A model generated the notes under the pieces. It was not told the DNA's origin, searched no databases, and saw nothing but the letters and a program-made list of their open reading frames with translations. Of a stretch of 64,000 bases of DNA, positions 23,641 to 31,654 are shown one piece after another. The translations under genes and the position numbers were made by a program. Every line of letters starts with the position of its first letter. Within the stretch, counting starts at the first letter, position 1. The DNA is from Candidatus Saccharimonadales bacterium (GTDB lineage Bacteria; Patescibacteriota; Saccharimonadia; Saccharimonadales; 2-12-FULL-41-12): positions 133,812 to 197,811 of the forward strand of contig JANWLD010000001.1 in NCBI GenBank assembly GCA_025451045.1, given 5' to 3'.

Positions 23641-24123
23641 ATGAGCGATGAATGGGGAGCAAAGATTGTTTCCTTTGAAGAATTTGAAAAACTGCGTCCT
23701 AAACTGGGAAAGATAGTTGTTACCAGCGGCGGTTATGACCCGATACACCCCGGGCATATCAGCTGCATTATCGATAGTAAGAAATATGGCGACACACTGG
23801 TCGTAATCGTCAACGGCGACGCGTTTTTAACCGCCAAAAAGGGCAAGCCGTTCCAGAATTTGGAAACCCGCGCCCTGATAGTCAGCGGCATCGCCGGCGT
23901 GGACTTCGTAGTGCCGTTTGAAATAGAAAATGACCAAACGGTTTCAAAAGCACTGGAGGCGCTGAAACCCGATGTCTTTACCAAAGGCGGCGACAGGGTT
24001 GACGAAACAACGATTCCAGAATGGGAAACCTGCAAGAAACATAATATAAAGATTGTTACCGGCGTAGGACTGGAGAAAAAGTGGTCCAGCAGCTGGTTTT
24101 TGAATGAGTGGAATAAGAAGTGA
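23641..24123 (+). CDS. Cytidylyltransferase-like nucleotidyltransferase (TagD/RfaE-C family)
   Basis: SGGYDPIHPGH (HxGH), KGGDR and C-terminal SSS motifs. Confidence 0.88.
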   Translation: MSDEWGAKIVSFEEFEKLRPKLGKIVVTSGGYDPIHPGHISCIIDSKKYGDTLVVIVNGDAFLTAKKGKPFQNLETRALIVSGIAGVDFVVPFEIENDQTVSKALEALKPDVFTKGGDRVDETTIPEWETCKKHNIKIVTGVGLEKKWSSSWFLNEWNKK

Positions 24124-24887
24124 AAAAACTTATAGCTTTTGATTTGGACGGCACGCTGGCTCCTAGTAAATCACACTTCCACCCGCGGATGGTAAACGCA
24201 TTTGATAGGTTGCTTGAAATATATCATGTCTGTGTAATCTCCGGCGGCAAATATGAATTATTCCAGCGGCAATTTTTAAGCCAGATTACCAAAGACCCGG
24301 ATTGCCTTAAACGCTTGCATTTGATGCCGACCAGCGGCACGCGTTATTACAAATTTGAAAACGGCGATTGGCAAGAACAATACGCCGAAAATATTTCTGC
24401 GGAAGGCAAGAAAAAAATCGCCAAAGCTCTGGAAGAAGGGCTGGATGAAGCCGGTTACAGGATAGAAAAGACCTACGGCGAGATTATTGAAGACCGTGAC
24501 AGCCAGATGTCCCTCTCGGTTTATGGGCAAGAAATAGTTGCCGAACTCGGCGAAGAAGGCGTAAAGATAAAAGAAGCATGGGACCCGGACGGAGCGAAAA
24601 AGCTCCGCCTGCGTGATATCATCGCGCCGAAGATTCCAGAATATGAGGTCAGAGCAGCCGGAGCAACAACCATAGACGTTACTAAGCCCGGCATTGACAA
24701 AGCATACGGGATGGAAAAACTGATGGAATACACCGGATTTTCAAAAGAAGACATATTGTTTATGGGCGACAAGATTGTCCCCGGCGGCAATGACTACTCG
24801 GTCGAGGAAATGGGCATAGATTGTATCGCTGTTAGAAGTTGGCAAGATACAGCTTACGCCATAGAAGGTATCGTAAAAGTTAGTTAA
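24120..24887 (+). CDS. HAD-IIB hydrolase, eukaryote-type phosphomannomutase-like
   Basis: FDLDGTL, ISGG, TTIDVT-GIDKAY and GDKIVPGGND motifs. Confidence 0.85.
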   Translation: MKKLIAFDLDGTLAPSKSHFHPRMVNAFDRLLEIYHVCVISGGKYELFQRQFLSQITKDPDCLKRLHLMPTSGTRYYKFENGDWQEQYAENISAEGKKKIAKALEEGLDEAGYRIEKTYGEIIEDRDSQMSLSVYGQEIVAELGEEGVKIKEAWDPDGAKKLRLRDIIAPKIPEYEVRAAGATTIDVTKPGIDKAYGMEKLMEYTGFSKEDILFMGDKIVPGGNDYSVEEMGIDCIAVRSWQDTAYAIEGIVKVS

Positions 24888-24888
24888 T

Positions 24889-26739
24889 TTACTCGACGGT
24901 TACGGATTTGGCCAGGTTACGCGGCCGGTCAACATTCAAGCCTTTGTTGACCGCTATGTGGTAAGCAAAAAGCTGAAGGACTATTACAACTAGAAGCGGT
25001 TGTAATTGTTCGCGGACTTTCGGTATGAAAATTACGTCTGTAGCAAGCCTTTCTATATTGTCATTACCCTCGGTCGCGATAGCGATTATCGGGCCTTTTC
25101 GGGCTTTGATTTCCTCGATGTTGGACAGCATTTTATCCAGCAAGGGACCTTCAGCGGCTAAGGCTACTGTGGGGAAGTTTTCATCAATCATTGCCAGCGG
25201 ACCGTGCTTCATCTCTCCGGCGCTGCATCCTTCGGCATGGATGTAGGATATTTCCTTCAGTTTCAATGCGCCTTCAAGCGCGCAAGGATATAAATAACCC
25301 CTCCCCATAAACAGAAAGTCCCGGCAATCCGCGTACTTTTTAGCCAATTCTTTTATCTGCGGTTCGGCTTCCAGCACTTTTTTAGCTTTTTCCGGCAGAA
25401 CGGAAAGTTCCTTTAAAAGCGGCGAGAAAAGTTTGGATTTGCCGTCAGATAAATGCAAAGCGATTTCGGCTAAAATGGTAACCTGCGCCATAAAAGCCTT
25501 GGTAGAAGCCACCGATTGTTCCGGCCCGGCATGGCAATAAACGCCGGCATCAGTAATACGGGCAATGGTTGAACCGGTTGCATTAACAATCCCCAGCTTT
25601 AATATGCCGTAATCCTCCACTTTTTTAATAGCGGCAATGGTGTCTGCCGTTTCGCCTGATTGTGAAATAGCAATGACCGCGGTATTACGAGTAAAAGGCT
25701 CGCTCCTGTATTTAAATTCACTGGCCAGTTCTACTTCTACCGGTATACCGGCGATTTCTTCTATCAAATACTCACCCAAAAGTCCGGCATAGTACGACGT
25801 GCCGCAAGCGGTGATAATAATACGGTCAATATGTGTCAATTGCTGTTTGACTGCTTCCAAACCGCCAAGCTTTACGGTGTTGATTGACGGCTTTACCCGC
25901 CCGCGGGTAGCGCTTTCAATCGTGGCTGGCGCTTCATGGATTTCCTTTAGCATAAAGTGGGGGTATTTGCCGATGTCCGATTCCTCAGCCTCATAGTCCA
26001 GTTCAACCACCTCGCCAGTAGCGGCTTTTGCTCCGTCAAGGCTCTCAATATGGACTTTATCTGCTTTAATTTCAGCAACTTCAAAATCATTTAAAAAAAT
26101 CACTTTTTTAGTATTGTTAATCAGCGCGCTGGGGTCAGAGGCTATAAAATGCTCGTTTTCACCCACGCCGATGACTATCGGGCTAGACAGTCGGGCGGCA
26201 TACAGGACTTCCGGCTTATCAATGCAGTAAGTAGCTATCGCATAAGCGCCGCGCAGGTCGCTGACAGCCATCTTGAAAGCCGTGAAGAAGTCCTCGCCTT
26301 CTTTTAAATACGAATCGATAAGGTGAGGAATAACCTCGGTATCGGTTTCGGAAACGAATTTATAGCCTTTTTCCTCCAAAGTTGATTTTAGTTCCTGATA
26401 ATTTTCGATTATGCCGTTACAGACGACGAATATCTTCTTGTCCGCGTTGGTGTGCGGGTGGGCGTTTACCTTAGTGGGGCGGCCATGGGTTGCCCACCGA
26501 GTATGTCCGATGCCGCAGGAAAGCTTTGAATCGACTGTTTGATAAGTATTGCCGTTTTCAGCTACGAGCTTAGCCAAACTGTTAACTCGCCCGGCGTTTT
26601 TAAGGTAAATCAACTTACCGCCGTCGGTTGTAGCGATGCCGGCGGAATCATAACCGCGGTACTCAAGCGCCCGAAGTCCATTGATGACAAAATCCGTAGC
26701 TGAGTTCTTATCGCCGATGTAACCGACAATTCCGCACAT
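24889..26739 (-). CDS. glmS: Glutamine--fructose-6-phosphate aminotransferase
   Basis: MCGIVG, LEYRGYDSAG, GHTRWATHG, SQSGETADT and PRNLAKSVTVE motifs. Confidence 0.98.
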   Translation of the reverse strand: MCGIVGYIGDKNSATDFVINGLRALEYRGYDSAGIATTDGGKLIYLKNAGRVNSLAKLVAENGNTYQTVDSKLSCGIGHTRWATHGRPTKVNAHPHTNADKKIFVVCNGIIENYQELKSTLEEKGYKFVSETDTEVIPHLIDSYLKEGEDFFTAFKMAVSDLRGAYAIATYCIDKPEVLYAARLSSPIVIGVGENEHFIASDPSALINNTKKVIFLNDFEVAEIKADKVHIESLDGAKAATGEVVELDYEAEESDIGKYPHFMLKEIHEAPATIESATRGRVKPSINTVKLGGLEAVKQQLTHIDRIIITACGTSYYAGLLGEYLIEEIAGIPVEVELASEFKYRSEPFTRNTAVIAISQSGETADTIAAIKKVEDYGILKLGIVNATGSTIARITDAGVYCHAGPEQSVASTKAFMAQVTILAEIALHLSDGKSKLFSPLLKELSVLPEKAKKVLEAEPQIKELAKKYADCRDFLFMGRGYLYPCALEGALKLKEISYIHAEGCSAGEMKHGPLAMIDENFPTVALAAEGPLLDKMLSNIEEIKARKGPIIAIATEGNDNIERLATDVIFIPKVREQLQPLLVVIVLQLFAYHIAVNKGLNVDRPRNLAKSVTVE

Positions 26740-26835
26740 TTTAAATCATTCCTAAGCTAAATTTAAGAAATAAATTAATCTGGTTTTTCATAAACAAAAT
26801 CCTTTCGGCCTGGCAGTCGGATTAAAACAGGATGC

Positions 26836-27939
26836 TCAGATATTATCTACCAGTCTGGTTATTTTACTGCGAAAAGCTTGTATCGAGAAGTAGCTCGCGG
26901 ACTTTTTTATATCACTCTGGGTATATTTATCAGGGTTAAAGCCGGATAAAACCTTGGCCAGCGCTGCCGCTGTCTGAGGATAAAAGAACAAGCCGTTCTT
27001 GCCGGGTTTGATGTAATCCATAGCACCGCCGCCTCGAAAAGCGATTACCGGCGTACCGGCTGACAACGCCTCGACGGCGGCTATACCGAAATCATCAAGC
27101 CCGGGGAAGATAAAAGCTTTAGCCAAGCCGACCGCCTCCGCCAGTTCATCTGCCGAGTCCAACCTGCCAGTAAAAGCCACAGTCGGACCGGCCAATGCTT
27201 TTAACCTCCGGTGCTGTGGCCCGCTGCCAATCACCGTTAAGGGCAGCTTAAGCTTGCTGCAAGCCTTAACCGCTAGATCTATTTGCTTATAAGGAGTCTG
27301 CCGGCCGGTTATCACAAAACCGCCGCGTTTTTTCGGGTTTGCAGAGCGAGAGACAAACTTATTGGTATCAACTGGCGGATGGATAACCATAGATTCGCGG
27401 TTATAATATTTTTTTATCTGTTTTTGGGTATGGGTTGAGTTAGCGACCAATACATTCGGTAGCTGGCTGGCCTTATAATCCCATTTTCTCATTGGACCGA
27501 CCAGCAATCGGAGCCCGATTCTAGCCAGCCAGTTGAATATACCGAAACCCGGATTGGCCAGGTACTGCTGATAACGGCTCCAATAGTAGTGGGTTGGCGC
27601 ATTGACCAAGGATATATGAACTCCATCAATGACATTGACCGCTTTAGCTTCGGCGCCGGTTACCGAAATGACTATATCAAAACCTTTGAGCTTGAGCCGT
27701 GAAAACCACATGGCGCGGAGATATGGTATGTACTTGCGAAGCATCGAAAACGGCCAGTATTGCAGATAGCCGGTAATCACTTTGGCTGGAAACAGCTTTT
27801 GTTTCCATTCACGGCTGGCATATGAGGTATAGACTGGTGCCTCCGGGTACATGGTGTGAAGCTCAAAGACTACGTTTTCAGCTCCACCGTGCAGCAGCCA
27901 GTCGCAGACTATCGCAATGCGTGGGTGGGATTTGCTCAT
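26836..27939 (-). CDS. GT4 family glycosyltransferase
   Basis: DWL-GGAE, PPVD and DDFGIAAVEALSAG motifs. Confidence 0.92.
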   Translation of the reverse strand: MSKSHPRIAIVCDWLLHGGAENVVFELHTMYPEAPVYTSYASREWKQKLFPAKVITGYLQYWPFSMLRKYIPYLRAMWFSRLKLKGFDIVISVTGAEAKAVNVIDGVHISLVNAPTHYYWSRYQQYLANPGFGIFNWLARIGLRLLVGPMRKWDYKASQLPNVLVANSTHTQKQIKKYYNRESMVIHPPVDTNKFVSRSANPKKRGGFVITGRQTPYKQIDLAVKACSKLKLPLTVIGSGPQHRRLKALAGPTVAFTGRLDSADELAEAVGLAKAFIFPGLDDFGIAAVEALSAGTPVIAFRGGGAMDYIKPGKNGLFFYPQTAAALAKVLSGFNPDKYTQSDIKKSASYFSIQAFRSKITRLVDNI

Positions 27940-29369
27940 TTAGCCCCTTTGGCGCTAAAAACGGCCCTAAGCGTCCGCAGCAGGATGATTATATCCAGCC
28001 AGAAGCTCCAATTCTGCACATAATACAGGTCCAGCCGCCGGCGTTCCTCAAAACTGATGTTCAGCCGCCCCGATACTTGGGCCAGGCCGGTCATACCGGA
28101 TTTTACGCTGAGGATATGATGTTTCTGAAAATACTTTTCCAACTCTTCGGGGATAAGCGCCCGTGGTCCGACGAGGCTGATATCTCCCCGGATGACGTTA
28201 AAAAGCTGGGGAAGTTCATCGATACTGGTCCTGCGTAAAAAACGGCCAAAACCGGAAACCCGAGGGTCGTTTTCCAAAAAATCGCCATTTTGGCGGTATT
28301 TTTTCGCCAGCTCAGGCTTGCCAAGCATCCCAAAAGCTTCTTCCGGTGTCGTACCGTCGAACTTTTGGCTTTGGGAGCGGAATTTATAGACCGTAAACGA
28401 CTTATTAAACTGGGTCAGCCTGGTTTGGCTAAAGAAGATTTTTTCACGGGGATGGCTTATTTTTAGCAAAATAGCGGCAGCCAGCATAATCGGAGAGGTA
28501 ATTATTAAGATAATAAGCCCTAAAACCAAATCGAATATTCTTTTTACAACCCGGCCCCAACCGATTAAAGCTGTCTGATGCACGGTGACCATCGGTATTT
28601 CCCGGAACAACTCAACTTCAATATTACCGGTGTAAAGTTCACTGCCTGCCGGCATGAAACGGAATTCTATATGGTGTCTTTGGGCGAAAGACAGTATTTC
28701 TGAGTTCTTGTCATCCTCATGGTAGATTTCCGTTTGGACGATGCTGTGGATATTGTATTTTTTAAGCTTGGATTTGGCTTCGTCCAGGCTTAAAAATACC
28801 GGAACATCCGGAAATGTCGATACTGCTTTGCCGACAATGCCGATTATCCGATAACCGGTTTTTGGAGTATCGGCGAACTGGCTGAATACACTTTTAACGC
28901 CTTTGCCGCTGCCGACTACCAGTAGGTTGGTAAGGCCGATGTTATAAGAGAACAGGACGGAGCGGATTGCTCTGGCCAAAGTACGGAAAATTATCAAAAA
29001 TCCGAGGCTTAAGCCAAAACCGTAGACAACGACCAGCCGGGCCGGGAACAGGGTATTATTAGTAACAAAATCATAGCCAACTACTGCTAATATCCCAAGG
29101 ACAGAACCGAGGATAAGCTTACCTAATTCCGTGAACCGGCTTTCAAATACATTTCTTGAATATAGTCCGATAACACCGTTGATAATAATCCACAGCGGCA
29201 ACACCATAAGTATCGCCAGCAAGTAATCCTCTGCTGGTATCTGGTGGATAAGCGGGCGCGGGTCATGTTTAACCCGGATAATGTAGGCGACCGAGAAGGC
29301 GCCCGTAAGTGCCAGAAAATCACCGACTACCAGAACCAAGCGGTAGACCAAGGATGCGTTGCTCTTCAT
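27936..29369 (-). CDS. Priming undecaprenyl-phosphate sugar phosphotransferase (WcaJ/WbaP-like)
   Basis: KRIFD, YKFRS, DPRV and [17 protein letters not shown] motifs. Start set at ATG 29369 behind an AGGAG SD. Confidence 0.93.
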   Translation of the reverse strand: MKSNASLVYRLVLVVGDFLALTGAFSVAYIIRVKHDPRPLIHQIPAEDYLLAILMVLPLWIIINGVIGLYSRNVFESRFTELGKLILGSVLGILAVVGYDFVTNNTLFPARLVVVYGFGLSLGFLIIFRTLARAIRSVLFSYNIGLTNLLVVGSGKGVKSVFSQFADTPKTGYRIIGIVGKAVSTFPDVPVFLSLDEAKSKLKKYNIHSIVQTEIYHEDDKNSEILSFAQRHHIEFRFMPAGSELYTGNIEVELFREIPMVTVHQTALIGWGRVVKRIFDLVLGLIILIITSPIMLAAAILLKISHPREKIFFSQTRLTQFNKSFTVYKFRSQSQKFDGTTPEEAFGMLGKPELAKKYRQNGDFLENDPRVSGFGRFLRRTSIDELPQLFNVIRGDISLVGPRALIPEELEKYFQKHHILSVKSGMTGLAQVSGRLNISFEERRRLDLYYVQNWSFWLDIIILLRTLRAVFSAKGAK

Positions 29370-29560
29370 CTCAAAAACTCCTGCCGGTTGTCCTGCCAAC
29401 CAGCAAAGCTGGTTGCACTGACACCCTTTTGGTATATATAAGCATTTTTTCTTTCCAGTCCTCGCGCGTCGTACCTCTTGTACGACTTACTCCGGCCTTC
29501 AAGAATAAAATGTTATCTATCCTCAAACGCGGAGTTTCTGGTATCAGTATCATTTAGAGT

Positions 29561-29579
29561 ATTATACCAGTGTTATAAT
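29561..29579. promoter_or_regulatory. Back-to-back divergent extended -10 promoters
   Basis: TGGTATAAT on the minus strand (29569-29561) and TGTTATAAT on the plus strand (29571-29579). Confidence 0.7.
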
Positions 29580-29600
29580 CAGGTTGAGATAACCATCGCT

Positions 29601-30092
29601 ATGGCTAAGAAAAAACAAAAAAACGAAATAACCCGAATAGTCGAGTATATGATAAGCGGCGGGGCTTACTTCTGGTCCGGTTATGCCGTGTTTGGTTTTC
29701 TCGACAAAATAGTCGGCGCCAGCTTTTTCTGGGCCAAATCCGTTTCGACGCTGGCCGGCTGGACGGTGAATTATCTCCTACAAAGATATTGGGTGTTTAA
29801 AAACCCAAAATTGGCCAAACATCAGACTGAGGTCACCGGACGCTATATCTTTATCACGCTGGTTGATTTCGTATTGGACTTTTTAATCGTCTATTATCTG
29901 AAACAAGCCGGCATAACGCCTTATATCGGCCAGTTCGTTTCAGCCGGTTTCTTTACCGTCTGGAATTATTTCTGGTACCGCTTCTGGGTCTTTCCTGACA
30001 AATTCAAAACTTTGCCGAAAAAGCGCCAAACCTTACCACGTGTCATAGCTCACCGAGCGCATGGCCACAGCGCTTATCGGAGGCCGGTATGA
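29601..30092 (+). CDS. GtrA family polyprenol-sugar flippase
   Basis: Four short TMs with NYLLQRYWVF and WNYFWYRFWVF; start set at ATG 29601. Confidence 0.85.
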   Translation: MAKKKQKNEITRIVEYMISGGAYFWSGYAVFGFLDKIVGASFFWAKSVSTLAGWTVNYLLQRYWVFKNPKLAKHQTEVTGRYIFITLVDFVLDFLIVYYLKQAGITPYIGQFVSAGFFTVWNYFWYRFWVFPDKFKTLPKKRQTLPRVIAHRAHGHSAYRRPV

Positions 30093-30538
30093 ACACTAAA
30101 GAAAGGCCGACCAAGAAACAATATGAACTTTTAAAGTTTATCGAAACCTTCGTAGCTGAGAAGGGCTACGGCCCAAGCTATCGCGAGATAATGTCTGGTT
30201 GCAACTACACATCCGTATCGACCGTCGCGTTGCATGTTAATAACCTGATAAAACGCGGTCATTTGCGCAAAAAAGACCGCTCGGCCCGTTCGCTGGAAGT
30301 AGTTGATTCCTTAGATAGTGATATGCATAAAATCAGAAGCAATCAGATCAAGCCCAGTGAAGAAAAATGGCTGATTGAACACATAGAATATCGTTTTGCG
30401 CAGGCTGAGAGTAGCCGGCCAAGTGAAGCCGAACTAGACGGGCTGTATGTGCTGGTCGGGGCGCTAAAAGTACTGGAACTGGAGGGCGCGGCGAATTCAT
30501 TTACGCCCAGACTTAATAAATTAAAAGAACGGCTATAA
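30089..30538 (+). CDS. LexA DNA-binding-domain protein lacking the peptidase domain
   Basis: TKKQYELLKFI-GYGPSYREI-HVNNLIKRGHL-ARSLE winged HTH; no S24 domain. Confidence 0.82.
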   Translation: MNTKERPTKKQYELLKFIETFVAEKGYGPSYREIMSGCNYTSVSTVALHVNNLIKRGHLRKKDRSARSLEVVDSLDSDMHKIRSNQIKPSEEKWLIEHIEYRFAQAESSRPSEAELDGLYVLVGALKVLELEGAANSFTPRLNKLKERL

Positions 30539-30547
30539 TAAGACTTT

Positions 30548-31357
30548 ATGGAAATCTTTCACGCCATAATACTTGGGATAATTGAAGGCCTGACGGAATT
30601 TCTACCGATTTCTTCCACCGGGCACTTAGTTGTCGCCGAAAGAGTATTGGACTACAAAGATACGGCCGAGATTTTTACCGTTGTCGTGCAAATGGGCGCT
30701 ATTTTCGCGGTAATTTGGTTTTACCGGGCGGATTTAGTTCATAAAGTAGCCGGTTTATTTAAGCGCGATAAAAACGTGCTGAAATTCTGGGCAAATTGGA
30801 TTATCGCGACTATTCCGGCCGGAATGCTCGGCTTTGCACTCAAAGACCGGCTTAGTGATTATGCCGTTACCGCTACCGTAGGCGTAACTATGGTGCTTGG
30901 CGGTGTTTTGATTTGGCTGATAGAGACTTACCATAAACCAGCCAAAGCTCATGGTACCGAGGCACAATTTGATAAGATCAACCCGGTAATTGCTCTTAAG
31001 ATAGGCCTTTATCAGATATTAGCTCTAGCTCCGGGCGTATCACGTTCCGGCGCGACCATCATGGGCGGTCTTTTGTCCGGACTGGACAGGGTGACAGCTA
31101 CGGCCTTTTCGTTTTATCTGAGCATACCGATTTTACTACTGGCTGGCAGTTACCAACTTCTTAGCAACCATGACGAACTTAACACTATAGCTGGCGGCGG
31201 TATGGCTCTGGCGGCTGGTACTGCCGCCTCTTTTATAACAGCTTTTATTACAATTAAGTGGTTGCTTCGCTACGTTTCACGCCATGATTTTAAGATATTC
31301 GCTTATTACCGGATAGTAGTCGGCATGCTTATCCTTATTACGCTAGCACTGGTGTAA
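30548..31357 (+). CDS. uppP: Undecaprenyl-diphosphatase
   Basis: EGLTEFLPISSTGH and PGVSRSGAT motifs. Confidence 0.96.
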   Translation: MEIFHAIILGIIEGLTEFLPISSTGHLVVAERVLDYKDTAEIFTVVVQMGAIFAVIWFYRADLVHKVAGLFKRDKNVLKFWANWIIATIPAGMLGFALKDRLSDYAVTATVGVTMVLGGVLIWLIETYHKPAKAHGTEAQFDKINPVIALKIGLYQILALAPGVSRSGATIMGGLLSGLDRVTATAFSFYLSIPILLLAGSYQLLSNHDELNTIAGGGMALAAGTAASFITAFITIKWLLRYVSRHDFKIFAYYRIVVGMLILITLALV

Positions 31358-31418
31358 TTATTACGTCTTGTACGCTAGCCCTAGCGTGCTAATATGAGAA
31401 TACTTTAAAAAATAAATA

Positions 31419-31654
31419 AGCTGGAATCACGCGAAATTCGTGAACTGTGCCGCAACGGTAACGGTAGCTCAAGGGAAAAGAGCAGCCGGAGCGTCGGATT
31501 CATTCCGTGCCCCGCGCGATGAGAAAAACCGTAGGTTTGTCTCATTACCTTAAAGTCCGATACAGCTAATCCGCCAGCCGGCGGACTTCCGAGCAGAAGT
31601 AATAACAAGGTTGGTGGCTTAACCCTTTGTTTCTGCTCAAAGGAAAGAGGATCT
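31419..31654 (+). ncRNA. Cobalamin riboswitch (class-II-like core) with inserted L6 extension
   Basis: P3 AGCTG/CAGCT, J3/4 GAA, T-loop hairpin TCACG-CGAAATT-CGTGA, ACTGTGCCGCAACGGTAA, AAGTCCGATAC. L5 GCCGC is complementary to GTGGC in the loop of the downstream hairpin 31591-31638, which sits next to the SD. Confidence 0.8.
31480..31545 (+). repeat. Structured dispersed repeat, copy 1 (inside the riboswitch)
   Basis: 38/44 identity over 31480-31523 to the reverse complement of 41514-41557. Confidence 0.85.

Noticed and set aside
26740..26835. glmS ribozyme upstream of glmS
   Set aside because: No AGCGCC cleavage-site motif, GACGAGG or UAUCG...GGCGG core. The 29.4 kb leader has only scattered similarity and also lacks the core.
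31515..31550. Hammerhead ribozyme (CGATGAG-stem)
   Set aside because: CUGAUGA is not intact and no GAAA follows the stem.
31419..31590. c-di-AMP (ydaO) riboswitch as an alternative identity
   Set aside because: Only the CAGCTAA end resembles it. The GGGGA and GGGGTGAA cores are missing, whereas the cobalamin elements and kissing loop fit.
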